Source: Camelus ferus (lineage: Eukaryota). From it: a stretch of DNA of 64,000 nt. Numbering within the stretch: position 1 is the stretch's first letter; each line of letters starts with the position of its first letter. Where the stretch lies: NCBI RefSeq assembly GCF_009834535.1, contig NC_045719.1, positions 11,966,001 to 12,030,000 on the forward strand, in the 5' to 3' direction. Below the pieces are notes generated by a model. The model was not told the DNA's origin. It made no database searches and was given only the letters and a program-made list of their open reading frames with translations. A program made the position numbers and the translations under genes. This document shows positions 1 to 13,481 of this stretch, piece by piece.

Positions 1-2211
1 CCCTGTATGCACAGATTCTTGAACGTATCGTTCTCTTTTTATCGACGAGGAAACTAAGGCCGAGAAAGGTTACATCATTCAGGAAAAAAGTGGGGAAGGG
101 ACGGCTCGCCAGAGGAGGAATGAAAACTTCCTGAAGGGGGTGATTTTCCCATGGACGCCCTCCCTACCCTCCTCTAGGGGCAAGAGACAGGGGTAGAAGA
201 GGTCTGCCCCTGAGCCACTAGGACTGATGGAAGTGTGTTGAACTCTTAGTCACTGCTGGGGTGGAAACAGTTAGGGACCACTGGCTTGGTGACTGATCTT
301 GAGTGAGAACCTAGGTCAATTATGCTATAAACATTTATATCTGTAGCCACATAAGAGGAATTGTTTCCATTTCTTGTATTCAGAATTTTTAGCTGCAGAC
401 ATCTCTGGTTTTCCTCACTTATACTCTCTGTACTGCCCTAGTCTCACTCCCATCACCAATTTACAGACCTAGTTAAAAGGAAAACTGATTAGCATGACGT
501 TAAAAGAATCAGCATGCGACTGGAACCTTCTCTCTGATGTAATCAGAATAATAGATTTCAGCCAGTGCCCCGAAGAGAAAGAGGTTAGCTGCTCTAGGTT
601 TTTATTAATTTTTCTTACTTATTTATTTGCCCAGGATCAAATGCTCACTGATGAATCTATTTCCAGAGATCTCTACAACTTACACCCCAGGCATGGGGCG
701 GGTATGTTATATTCATGAAAGTCAACCAATGTTAGTGAATTTGGGGCAAGCGAGCATTTCCAGTAGCCTGAAAACCTCTAGCAATGCATGGACCACGAGC
801 TGAGTTTAAAATAGTATCCCCTGCCATATCCATTTTTATTGTAATTCTGTTTGGCCTGTTTCATCACCTATTTTTCATTCCCTTGATTTCAGGATGGCGG
901 AGATCCCCCTCTTCCTTTATCGTCACAGCGTCTAGTGTGTCACATGCGAAGCTGTACCAACTGTTTCTAAAAATGACTTCCCATCCCCAGTCGCCGATCT
1001 CTTCTTTGGTACTAAAATTTGTCATCCTCGTCGTCCCCCTTTCCAGATTCAAACGATTTATGTGATTGCTTCTCAGCCTTGCCAGGATTGCCACAATTTC
1101 AGAAGTTACCCCCACTCAACCCGTCACCTAAAAAGGTGCACAGAATGGTTGGATCTCACTGATCCGGAACAAGCCAGACCAGCAAAGCCAAGCTGTCTGA
1201 GGAGCTGTCTGAGGGTTGGTGAACAGTGCAGTGGTGCATGAGCAGGCCTTCCGAGTCTGTAAACCTAGCATGATGCAAACCAAGGGGCTCACGGGCCAGC
1301 ACTCTCTCCCTCTCTTCCTATGTTCCTCTCTCTCACATGTACAGAAACATACTTCCGTAGCTGAAGTCGTTTTTTGTTCCAGGCATCAGGAAAGGACAGG
1401 GAGCCCTGCTGGGTTCTACTTAACATTTTGCTGCAAATTGTGTATATGTGTAACTCCAACCCAGTCATAGAGTCTCAAGACATTAATGTTGAAAAGGATC
1501 TTAGAGACTCTTTTATCTCCCCTGTGGCCTGGACCACGCACCATGTCCTGGACAAGAGACTTTGAGTGGTTTAGCTTGTGGCTCCAGAGGCCACTCCTTG
1601 AACTGGTGGCTGTGGCCGTCTGTGAAGAGGGTGCAGGACTAACTCCTAGGATGTCAGTTCATCTACACCCTTCTGAGATGAGCTCATCTCTTCCTTTGCC
1701 CACAGACTCCAGCATGGCGTCCTGCATGTATTATTGCTTAATGAATGCTGCACAATTTGAATTTGTTGTTCAGATCCCCTTGGTAACAGAGTGAGCACTG
1801 ATCTTTAGATGAATGGAGATCGCCAAGTCACTATCAGACCAAGGCGGGAACTAAGGTCTAGGTTTAGTATAATTTTCCCTTCCTGCAGTTCAGAATGAAA
1901 ATATGACAGAACAATGGGTGAAATCATGCCAGCGAGTATGGGAATAGATTTCTGACGTGTGGCATGCAATCTGCGAGGGCACTCCTTCACTTGGTCCTGC
2001 ACTTTGAGAAGTAATGGAATGGAAAATTAAATTAAATAAACTTTTATTCTGTGGCTCTGTTGAAAAGGGTACCATCAAATACTTTGAGAAGTATATCTTC
2101 TGAAAGCAATTTCTGAAGTTCTTTCATGTTATTGAATTGTGAAAAAATATCTTCTCATCTCTTTTATGTTTTCCTTCTGCCTTTGGTAGAATCAAATCCA
2201 TGGTAACTTAC

Positions 2212-2264
2212 TTTGGGTTGCGTCAGGAATACACACTTAGTACCAGAAGCCTTCAAGGTGAAAC
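2212..2264 (-). other. Candidate 53-nt exon
   Basis: Acceptor gaacctatgctttcag, donor AAA|gtaagt; one open frame (FTLKASGTKCVFLTQPK). Confidence 0.22.
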
Positions 2265-2831
2265 CTGAAAGCATAGGTTCTAAATTAAACCAGAAGAAGT
2301 AACAAGGTAATACTTTTATTGTTTTCATTTATATCACCCTCTAACCTCAGACTTCTGTGCAGGCTTTTACGTCTTAGATGTTGTAGCTATTTCTATGGCT
2401 GCTAGGTTCTTTACTTAAATATAATTACATCATACTCAGTAATCAATTTCATTTATAACATGTTTAAACATATATTACTTTTTTTCTTTTCATATGAAGT
2501 AAATTTATCTGTGATCACAAAATGATACTTGACAGGTGCAAGGACCAAGTGCCCTTGGTTTTTAGCCCAGGGATTTAAGTGATGTCACTTCCCGTGGTCT
2601 ATAATGTCTTTTTCTCACTTCAGCTGTCTTCTTTCAGACTATTGTTTTTTCAGCAACATATAGACAAAGAAGTCCCTCTCTCCTTGTGCACTTGACTAAT
2701 GTTAAGTTATTGACCTTGTATAAATGTTGCATGACTTGAAGTAACTGCAAGCGTCATTCAAGACAGACGCTCTCTTACGATCTCCGGGAATGATTCTTGG
2801 TTCTACCGCACAGAGACATCCGTGGACTGGG

Positions 2832-2945
2832 AGGAGCATGAGGTTTGGGGTCCCACAGCCTCAGGCTTGTATCCCAAATCCATACCTACTACCTGTGGGC
2901 TCAGGAAAGGTAATTCCTTTGAACCTTGGGTTTCTCATCTACAGT
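2832..2945 (+). mobile_element. MIR SINE fragment
   Basis: gagcatgaggtttggggtcccacagcctcaggcttgtatccc...gggtttctcatct matches the MIR 5' half and core. Confidence 0.65.
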
Positions 2946-3139
2946 ACATCCATTCACTGTTCTCAATATGGTGCCCAAGTAACACTCTTAGAAACATATT
3001 TTATGCATGTATCTTTAAACAGTTCTCAACATGAATTTAGAATGGTCAAAACATTCACAAAATGAGAGAAAATACTCCCACCCCCCCCCCCCCCAAAAAA
3101 AAACAAAAAAAAAAAACCAGGCTACAACTCTTAATACAT

Positions 3140-3250
3140 AGTTATTTTATAGAGAAACTGAGGCTTGGAGAGGTTAAACAACCTGAACCAGGACCTACAA
3201 TGGGTCAGGATTTTGAACCAAATTCTATCAGATTCCAGAGTCCAAAGGCT
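3140..3250 (-). mobile_element. MIR SINE fragment
   Basis: ttatagagaaactgaggcttggagaggttaaacaacctg...tttgaacc is the MIR core in reverse. Confidence 0.75.
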
Positions 3251-6200
3251 TGTAATGCCCAAGAAAGGAAACAGGAGCCAGGACCAGTCACAAAGCCAAA
3301 GGAGGGAGGTTGATGGTGGGAAAGATGAAACAGACCTTAAACACTGTCTGTCTTTCACCAAGTGTACTCATCCATGGTCACCAATTAATCTAGAAACAGG
3401 CGCTTTTCAAGCATCTGATGTGGGAGGGGCAGGGAAGCATACAACGGAAGTTCACGGTACATTCCTTTGACTCATCCAGGAAGATGGGAAACTGAATAAC
3501 CGTGGGGCAATAAAATTCCAAACTGCTCAGCATTTAATAACTAACGTGGCACGCGGGCAGATAACCGAGAGGCCAGCGGAGACGGCTGTCATCAGGAAAG
3601 CTGCATGGAAACCTACCCCCAAAGTGGCAGAACTTGTGTCTTAACTCAGGGAACACGCGGGCAGAGTGTGCTTTATTGGGGTAGCACGGGCATGCTTAAC
3701 ACGTTCATGGGGTCAAGACTGCAGGGCGGTGAGAAGTCCGGTGCGAGGGAAGGGAGTGGATGGGAGCCAGGCAGAAATGGGATACCAGAGCCTGACTGAA
3801 CACTTTGCGAGCCATCCTCAGCAAGAGAGAGAACAAGACAAGGCAGCTCTGTGTTACTCCCCACCTGGGGCAGCACACCAGGGGTTAGCGGAGCAGAGGC
3901 GGCCAGAATTAGGAAATTCAACCAGGAGATGAGGACAGGGATACTCAGGAGAAGGGAAGAGGGAGAGCATGGTGCTGGGGTGGAATTGGACAAGGGAGAG
4001 CCTTTAAGTGGAAAGACAGAGAAGTAAGCTTGGGGTGCACTTCGACTTGAATGGCTGAAGTCGCTATTGATTCTACTTCTCTTATTTAAATTCTTGGGGA
4101 GACAAATTGGCTAGTCCAGGAGGGACCAAGAAAGTCTCTCTGGGTTGCCAGGTGATGAGCCGGACTCCTAGCTTCTGCTCCCAACTCACCCTCTGCAGGA
4201 GAGGCAAATCAAGGATCCAAATTCCCACAGGGCTGTCAGAGTGAGCAGCTGGCATTTCCTGACAATTCTCTGCACGCTGACTTTTAAATTTAGATTGACT
4301 GCATTCTGCTGGCAAGGCTGCTCCCGGGTAGAAACCCAAGTTCTCAAACCAACACATATATGAGTAAATTCACATTTATAACTTATGTAGTTTTTTACTC
4401 CCTCGAGCTCTTCGGCTTGAAAATGGAAACAGCAAACAAACAAATGAAAATAAAAGCGGGGAGCTCAGAAAGGCAAAGCAAGTTTCCCCAAATCACACAG
4501 ATAGGATGTAATAATAGACTTAGAACTCTAGTCCAGCACACATTTATTTTCTAATTCGAGAATCCAAAATAAAACAAAAGGGCACAATGATAAATAAATT
4601 TTACCCCCAACAGTTTTGGACATGGGGCTGAAAACTGTAGCTCGTGGCTACCCGTCAAAGAATTGCAGACGACCATGAAACTGGGCAGTAAATCAGATCA
4701 CGTGCCCACAGAAACTTTCCAGTGTTAGGCCACCCCTGCGGTATAGACGCTGCCTCTGTAATACACCTTGGCCAAGCCAGGAGAGTGGAGTGCTGCCTTC
4801 TAATCGAATTCTTTCACTTAGTGTACCAGCTTGGGCAAGGCCACTTAGATTCTGTGGTTTATGAAATAAAGGACTGTGTGGTGCAACAGTAAGGACTTCC
4901 ATGACACTTGCGACGTGTCTAAAAACAACAAGCAAAATGGTGTTCATAATTTCTCATTCCATGAATTTGTGCAGCGTATAACACTTGCCAGGTCTGTGCA
5001 GTAGCTGATTTTCAGAGCACGCTACACATGCTGAATCCACTGTTCATTTCAAAGCTCTGTAACACACAACACTAGTACATTCACGAATTATTAAGCTGTG
5101 TTACCCTTGTAACACTGAATGAACAGTTCTTAAATATACTTTTATAATTTGATATCTTGCTTGGCATGAAAAAATTAGCAAAATAATCGAACAAGAAAAC
5201 AATAGCTTGAGCTTGAAGCCCTGCATATATGACATGAAATTTAAATACATTTGTAAGTATCTGAGCTTATTTCACTCTTCTAACAGCCACTAAAGATTTA
5301 ACTCAAGAAAAGACTCCTTGGTTTAAAAAAAAATTAGCAAAGACCCTTACTCAAGGTACTATGCAATTAACATCATTATTCAGAGTTTTCCTGGGTGCTC
5401 CTCTCTTTTGCATATATTAGCAGCAAGTGTTGATATTTAACTTACTATACACATTTTGTCATGATCACTGAAGACTAAAAATTTCATTTTAAAGTTTCAA
5501 TTATCTAGATGACTTGTTTATTTCTTGAAAATTAATCTCCTGGCACAGTGCCTTCAAATAATAGCCATGTGTTAAATGTTAGCTAATTTAAATTTAATAA
5601 ATCGGTTGTCAACTCTTGCTTTTGTGTAGAAAAGCACACCCTTGGTAATGTCAATCCTTTGAGAAAGTTGATGAAACAAAAATTTTAAGTTCAACAGTGT
5701 TCATAAAAGCAAGAACCTATGATTGTGGTAAGCAGTATCATAAATAAAACGTGTACGTGCTGGCAAATATTAAATACTAAGATTCAAGAACGGTGTTGCC
5801 ACGCCATCACTCACAAGTCTGCAAGAACACACGCACTTCACTAAAGTCAATGGAGTGTACCAGTTCATCTTGGCATTATTCATAATCGAAACATTTCAAT
5901 TTTAGTTAACACACACACAAAACTAATTTAAAAGTCAAATGAGGAAATTAGTTCCGTGTTCCCCATGTTCCAATTCCACAGTGATATCAACCAGCCAAAT
6001 TTGGCCTTAGGAGGTATGAAAAAGTATCTAATCCAATGAGTGGAAAACCTTTTAAAGAATCACCGATCTGTTAAAACTAATGTTTTTGCAACCGATTCAA
6101 CAAAAATATATTTAGTGTTGTAAAAGAGCCCTCAGACTAATCTATTACAGAACAACTGAGCTTATCTATAGATTTACTTCTAGATTTCAAAAGCAGCGGA

Positions 6201-6369
6201 TCAAGAACTAGAGGGTTTATGTAAGAAATACAGTTCGCTTCCTAAAAAAATTAAATTGAACAGTATATTGGTTGAAAAATATTTTCTGCACACACTTGAT
6301 AAAGACCAGGGGGCATCTTTTCCTGTTTTAAATCTCTTAGATTTCTCAGTCAACACTATTAACAACACA

Positions 6370-6720
6370 TCCTAGACCACTGCCTTTATTTCTGTAACAC
6401 TCTTCCTGTGTGCTTCCCCAACTTTTCCCATTCTTTTAGTCTCTCTCTTTTCCATTTTTTGGTTTATTTCTTTATCAGTCCCCACTGTGCACGGCACCGA
6501 GGCCTCTGTCCTTCATTCCTTATTTGTTTCTCTCTCCATCAGGTCTTTTGTCTCCCGTCTATGAAGTTAAACATCTCCCCAAAACCAGGTTTTATTTATT
6601 GCCATTTGCAGATATCCAACTCGACCCTAAAGCTCAACAACAACAACAACAACAACTAAAATTCCTTGACTTTCCTGCTAAAACATTTTCGTAATCATTA
6701 CATTCTGGCTCTCCTGCAAG
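6370..6720 (+). mobile_element. L2 fragment
   Basis: Degenerate pyrimidine-rich L2-like text; approximate bounds. Confidence 0.45.
6635..6655. repeat. (CAA)7 microsatellite
   Basis: Read directly from the sequence. Confidence 0.95.
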
Positions 6721-6754
6721 CTCACCATCGCTACCCAGAGCGTGACTAGTTCCA

Positions 6755-6840
6755 GGGCCCACATAGATGCCCAAATCTGAGGATGCTCAAGTCTGTCACA
6801 TAAAACGGCTTGGTACAGCCGGCCCTCCGTATCTGCCCGA
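6755..6840 (+). mobile_element. Tigger/MER2-like DNA transposon fragment
   Basis: ccaaatctgaggatgctcaagtctgtcacataaaacggcttggtacagccggccctccgtatctgc resembles MER2-type consensus text. Confidence 0.6.
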
Positions 6841-7299
6841 TACTTAGTCACTCTGACAGCCTTCTTTCAAAGGGTTCCAGTCTCCTCCGTGCGCGGAGAG
6901 GGACCCAGACTGGATATCACCTGCTCAGACAGGTCTCCCAACAATACTTTTTATTTTCCCAACTAGAGAAGGAGCTGTGTGTACATCTGTGAGGCACTGT
7001 GCGCCCTTGGGAGAGGGGAGGGGAATGTTCATCTGAGAAAAGGGAGGGGTAATGCTGTCCGGCCAGTGGCGGGGCACAGAGGCAGGGAGAGGACGTTGAC
7101 CTTGACCCCGTACCCAGATCATTCATCTGCCTGCCCAGAGCCGCGATGGTAGCTCCCAGTCACACCTCTGCCTCTCTTGAAAACTTGACAGGGAAGGATA
7201 CATACTAATGTATTTTGTCTGTACCTCCTAATGTCAGGAAATAACTTCAAACTGCAGAGAGAGTCACGTGGGGATCCTACACCGCGCAGCCTACCCGAC

Positions 7300-8330
7300 C
7301 AATCGACAGAGCTCTCTGCACAACAATTCTTGGTTTCATGTCTTCCTTTCCTTTACCACTCGGCATAATTTACACGAATTCTTTGCAAGTCCTTTTAGTG
7401 GAATTGCCTGCTTCCGGTTTCTCTCCCATCCGGTCCACACTGCCTGTTCGAGAACGACCTATAACTGGTTGGTGCACATGACATTTGGTCTCCTTCACAT
7501 GGTCTCATGCTGACTTCTGGACAGTATTTCAAGACTTTACTTCAGCTTAATCTTCCAGCTCCCGGCCTGCTCCTTACTTCTTCACTCTGTCCACGTACAG
7601 GCACCGCATGGCCCTTATGTGGCTCTAATTCCAAATCCCCTTGGTTGGTACCCCCCTCTCTGCTCTACAGGTCTATGGACCGCTCCTCCTGAGAGTTCTG
7701 TCCAGTGAACACCAGCGAGCGACCCCATCATCCCCAGCCACATGCCATCAGCCATGACTTGTAAATATAAGCTGCTCTCCTGGGACTCTGAAACAGAAGT
7801 AGTATTAGTGACTGTCCCTCAGTCTAGCTACAAACACCCCACGCTCATCTTGTGAGGAGAGTGGGCTTTGCTCATAAGGAAGGACAGTCTTCATCCACAT
7901 AACTCTTGGCGATGGCCAGCGAGGCCCTTCCACGCCTTGCTGCTGCCCCTCTCCTCCGCTCACTGCCCCACCCTCGCCTGCGTCACACCAGCCCTTACCT
8001 GCCTGAGGCCGTCACGTGTGCTGCCTCTCCTGCAAGGCTGCTCTGCCCCTGCCTGTGACAGGACTGCGTCCCTCTCGACCCAAGTCTCTGAAAGAAGGTC
8101 ACTTGCTCAGACAGGTCTCCCGACAAGCGGTCTTCCCTGTTACTGTCGTCTGCAGTGCCTGCCGCATCCCGCACAGCACTAGCGAAGTCTAAACCTTTGC
8201 TTATGTGCCTAGCTCTCCTCATTTAGCCCGTAAGCCCCTAGAGGTGGGAACCTGATCTGTCTGTTCACCACGGCACATCCAGTGCCCAGCACGTAGTATG
8301 GGTCAGTAAACATATTCACCAAAGGGATAA
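7300..8330 (+). mobile_element. L2 3' region
   Basis: Ends in an L2 terminus motif: gtaagcccctagaggtgggaacctgatctgtctgttcaccacggcacatccagtgcccagcacgtagtatgggtcagtaaacatatt. Confidence 0.7.
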
Positions 8331-8989
8331 ACATTGTCAGAGCTTTCCTTAGCTCTAGGTAATGTTCAAGCATCACCTTAGTAAAACTTAAGAGATTACA
8401 AATTTGGTATACTTAAGTTTGTATATATTGCATAATACATTGCATGCCTTTAAGATACTACAAATTTGGTATATTTAAATCACAATATGCAATAAATGAT
8501 ATTTGTAGGAAAGTCTGATAATTTGCTATCATCCTCCTGCTGCAGAGATGGGGATAAAGAATAGAAATAGCATGGCCTGGCTCCCTGGACCCGAAGTCAT
8601 TGCTCAAGGACAGTAAAAGACGCTATAAAATCACTTGCACTATAAAGATCATTATCTAAAGTCATTATCATGCACAGGACATTCAAACCTCATGTGGAGC
8701 TTTCTTTCCTAGTACTTCGATCCTGACAATTCTCAAAACACCCAGACTTACTTTCTATTTCTCAGAAAAAGGAGGATAAATCAAGGAGACACTTGAAAAT
8801 GAACAAATAGTCACGAATTTATAAAAGTGCAGCGATAGCCCCATGTTTCACTCATTATAAACATGCCTCTTTATCTGCCTGCAAACTGCCATTATTATTA
8901 TTTCCAATTTTAAAAGTTCCTCCCTCACTTTTTGAGTAATAGTAAAATAGCTTTACCACCTCAGGGTAAACAAAGAGTTTTCTTTATAG

Positions 8990-9960
8990 ATAGGCCACTA
9001 AAAAGCAATAATCATAAAAGAGAAAAATAATTTATTACTCTTTATCAAATTAAAAAATTGGCTCATCAAAAGGCACTTTAAATAAAATGAATAGGCCAAC
9101 CACAAACTGGGAAAATATTTACTGTGCATGGATCTGACAAAGGGCTTTCCAGAACCTATGAAGAACTCCTACCATCAGCAAGAGACAAGTGATTGGTAAA
9201 AGAGAGAAAAAACTTGAACAGACATCTCACCAAAGAAGATACACAAATGGACAACAGCACATAAAAAGGAGATCAAGATCATGGCCATCAGAGAGATGCC
9301 CCTTAAAGCCACGAGCGATACCATTTCATACCCACTGTTGATGAGGATAAGCAGTAGCCGGAAATTTTAACATCGTTGGTGAACTAATGGACAGTTTCTG
9401 ATTAACCTTAAAGGTTAAACTGTGAATTCCATTTCTTGTTCTTTATCCAATGGGAATGAACACAGTTATTCACAGACTTGTACAGGAATTTCAGAGCAGT
9501 CTTATCCATAAGAGTCCTAAACTAAAAATAACTCACATGTCAATACCAGGATAAATAACTTGTAGTTTAGTCATACAGTGGAATATTACTCAACAATAAA
9601 AAAGAATCAACTACCAATACATGCACCAATCACAAAAATACTATACAGTAAGTGAATGGAGCATCTACAAAGTATATGTTATGTGATTCCATTCATAGAA
9701 CTAACCTATGGGGATAGAAATAGGCAAGTTGTTGCTTGGGCAGTAGAGAGGAGATGAAGGGGTGGGAGGGAAGTGAGGGGAGGGGTCTTCAACTGGAATT
9801 GACAGGAAAGGGCCATAAGGGAAACATTTAGGGTATGAGATTCAGTGTCTTATTTTGGGTGGCTATTATACAGAGTGCATATAATTGTCAAAACTCATTG
9901 CATTGAACACTTAAGATCTGTGTGTTTTACCGCATATAAATTGTACCTTAATTTTAAAAA
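8990..9960 (+). mobile_element. Old L1 (L1M, MC/MD/ME-like) ORF2 end and 3' UTR fragment
   Basis: Typical L1 3' motifs: gaacagacatctcaccaaagaagatacacaaatgg, catacagtggaatattactcaacaataaaaaagaa, and gtcaaaactcattgcattgaacacttaagatctgtg ending in an A-rich terminus. Confidence 0.85.
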
Positions 9961-12149
9961 TTAAGAGATTGTCATTTTAAAAAAAAACTTTAACACTAAA
10001 CATCATTCAGAATATTTCTCTACTTTTTAGGTATGAGAAACATTAAAAAAAAATTCTTGTTCTATTGAATTTAACACACCTGGTTTACAATATATGATGA
10101 CTACATTAATGTAACCAGTTTCATTAGATTAATTGTAATTCATTAGACTCAATTTATAGTAAAGTTCAGAAACATAAAGATAAAAAAAAACCAAAGAAAC
10201 ACCTCCCGAAACAAACAAAAACTCCTGCTCTAAATCAGGATCGTTTTCAAAGGTGAATGTCATTGCCACAGTCCACCAGCAAGGGGAGTAGTTACACTTT
10301 GAGAAGAATTCGAAACTCGTCACCAGTGAATTATTCCATAGGGCACTTTAACAAGACCAAAAACTGACTTCTGGGTGTAGCCAGAATGGAAATGACAGAT
10401 CATTTGAATGCAAGAGAAAAAGATCGGAAACCTTGACCCTCTAGATTACTTTGCACCTCAGTGAGAAAGGGAAAAACAGACCAGTTTATTAAAAGGATAT
10501 GTTCATGTAATGCAGGCACCGGGAGAATATTTTAAAGAACAGCTACATTAACTGTGGGATGCCGCTTTTTCTCGGTTAATTATTCCCCATACAAGAATAA
10601 TAATGTACATACACCCACTTCTCCCACGAAAGAAAAAGACCTGAACGGTGCCACTATTTTGACGGATGTGGGAATGACAGCATCATTCTGCACGGAATCT
10701 GCAAGCTGTTAGAACACTGGAGCCTGTTCGAGAGTAGGTAAGACTGGCAGAGGGTAATTTTTAAAAATCTTGAAGAGTAAGGGCTTTTCCGTTGAGACAG
10801 ATCCCAAATCTGAAGGTTTATGCTGCATTTTTAATAGGTATCATCACTTCACCAATTCTTACAAGATTTGTAAGGCTTAATTCTCCCATAAGCTCAAGAA
10901 GGCTGTAGAAAAGTCTCTTTCTATCCCTTACTGCCAGGTTGGGTAATCCTGGATGTACAGAAATGAATGTTCTGGCTGACAAGAGGAAGCACGTCCCTAG
11001 GCGTGCGTGAGTGCGGGGCTCCTGGTAGAGACACTTACAATATGGGTAACTGCCCGCTTTGCACTCTAACCTCCGTAATAACCCTGACCTTGATTCTAAC
11101 ACCACAGTACCTTCTCCATCCTCCTCATTCCCCGGAGAAGCTGAGCACAGAGGAACCAGCATTGTGTGCCTTAGAAAGTGCCCTGAGCCACGCCCGGCAG
11201 GGGGGCTGGAATCCCCACTTACAGGAAACCCACATCTCTGCATTCTGCAGTGCTCACAAAGCTGGGGTGCGCCCTCCCTCCTCCCTTGGGGCTCAGTGAG
11301 TGCAAGGATGCTGGGTGCACAGAAACAAGAGTCCCTTCTGGAACCGTGTAGGAGAACACGCCTCCAGAAGAAAAGCTTTTTAGAAGCTGAGCAAGGTGTG
11401 TGGGCTGAGCAGGGGTGGTCAGGGGCAACTCTTTCCAGCTGCAGCTCCTTCACAAAGGCAGCCCTCCACCCCGGGGGGAGAGAGCAAGCTCTCACCATGT
11501 AGAACAGTTATCAGCCATGAACGTGTGTACCCTTCGGCTGGGACACAGACCCTGCCCGAAGATTTTCCTCATGAAAATCCAAGGAATGCTTTTCAGTTCA
11601 ATATCCCTGAGAAATGATTTGGAATTACTTCCACTCATCAAATAGAGAGAAAGCACTTTTCCCCCTCAGTTTCTATAAATGGAGGAAGTATGGGATCCAA
11701 AGTAAGGAGAGTCAAGTTTTAGACTCCGCCTTGAACATCTTCTTGAGGTCCCCACGTCTGTGATGTTACAGTCTGGACTGTATTCTTGCCGGCAAGGATT
11801 CACGGGGTTGTCCCACACTGACCACCATTTCACTACGCAGCAAAGAATTTTTAGAGAACAATGAGAAAGATTCAGGAATACAGTGCTGCTGGCCACAGAG
11901 TCCTAATTCCGAGTTTGCCACTGGATGGACGTGAGTCTTGTGTTCTTCCAACTAAGTGGGAAATAAACCAAAATACTGTCTCCCAAGGGTGACTAAAATC
12001 TGCAAGGTGTATGAAAGGTGGAGATGAGGTGGAAAGGGGGGACTAGACGAAGAACCCAGAGATGGGAGACGTGCTGATTGAAAGAGGAAACAGAAGGAAG
12101 ATGTAGTTAGAGCTAAAGAGATGAAAAAGATAAAGATGTCTGTGTGTGT

Positions 12150-12330
12150 GTTTAAAAATTTAATTTGATTTTTAGCTGACGTATAACTGACTCGCAGTAT
12201 TGCTTTCAGTTGCACAGCACAGCAGCACAGTACAGCAGCACAGTATTTTTATAGGTTGTGCACCATCTAAAGTTATTGTAATATTATTGACCGTATTCTC
12301 TGTTCCCTATTTATTTTATAACTGGTGGCT
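12150..12330 (-). mobile_element. Short L1 3' end (artiodactyl-type)
   Basis: T-rich start followed by gacgtataactgac..cagtattg..ttcagttgcacagcac.., matching the reverse complement of an L1 3' terminus. Confidence 0.7.
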
Positions 12331-13481
12331 TGTTGTGTGTGCTTGTACCGAGAGGTGAGTTGCTCGCTCTAAGGGATCTGGAGTGAAGACCACGCACAAA
12401 CCAGGCAGGAATGAGTGGCAGTTGTTAGAAGTCACTCTGGTCTGGCTGGCACGGCACCAGGGGACTAAAGCACATTCAGAAAAGGGCTGATGTGCATTTG
12501 TGGCCTGAAGGCTGAGTCCCCAGCCTGAAACTGATTCAGGAGAAGCGTTGTGTGGCGCTTCCTACCCTGGGGAAGGCAAAGACTTCCCACCCTGGGGAAG
12601 GTTGTGCTTCAGCACGGCTCCTGCCTCGTACGGAGGGACCACGCGTGGGGAGTGAGGACGCTGTGTGTCCTGGAATGGTCTATATGTGGGCAGGTGACCA
12701 CAGCTGACCGAAAGCAATGAACAGGGAGCAAGGTGCTTAGAGGTGAATCCTGCGTGATCCCTGTTGGTCTCCACAGGAGGCTGGGCTTTGGGAACCAAGT
12801 CTGAGGAGAAAGAAGAGTGAGCTCTGGGGTGTCCCACCCCCTAATGAGTCTTTACAGTTGTATTTTTCACAGAGATCTAGATTTGTCTGAATTTGACAGG
12901 GTTTCCCTGATGTTTCACATCTTATTCATGGAAGACACTTATATTCATTATCTTCAAAGATCTTAGACAGCAGCTAGCACCTTGAATTTAGGAGATCCTT
13001 AATGAATAATTACTGACTGAATGAATGAACTCAGTTCCCCAAAGACAAATGTGTCTTCTATTAATTAAAACAGGAGTCAGTGATGGGCCAGATATAGCCT
13101 ATATTTTCTTTATGACTGCCATTTGGCAAATGAAGGACGCTCTCTAGCAATTCAAATCTCCCTCTGAGGGAAGTTTAGTAACTATCAAGATAGATCTTGG
13201 CAGCTCTCGCCTGGGGTCCCCAGGGCTCGCTAAGCATTTGAAGAGGACACTGGATATTATCTTAGCGGCTGGGGGGAGAACCCGCTTCCAGGGGCAGGAG
13301 GGGAAGCGTGGTCCTGCCTGTCGCATCCAGTGAATTCTGTACTGCCTGGAGTTCTGTCTGAAACTGGTGCCTGCAGCCAGGCTCCTTTTTGCTTGGTTCG
13401 AATTCCAGTTTTCTATTCCAGAGGAGGTAGAAACCTTTCTCACTGCCTTGCGTGCTAGGGAAGAACTAAACATCAAGCGGA

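Noticed and set aside
893-970. DGGDPP cadherin-like motif after an acceptor
   Set aside because: The frame stops after 25 codons and there is no other cadherin sequence around it.
1013-1127. Selenoprotein-like frame GDGLSGGNF-TGA-NCGNPG...GDDEDDKF on the minus strand
   Set aside because: It matches no known selenoprotein motif and I saw no SECIS-like AUGA/AA/GA stem downstream. An ordinary stop codon is more likely.
10818-11502. 226-aa minus and 147-aa plus ORFs
   Set aside because: Non-ATG or weak starts, no recognisable domain, and composition typical of GC-rich non-coding DNA with several overlapping open frames.
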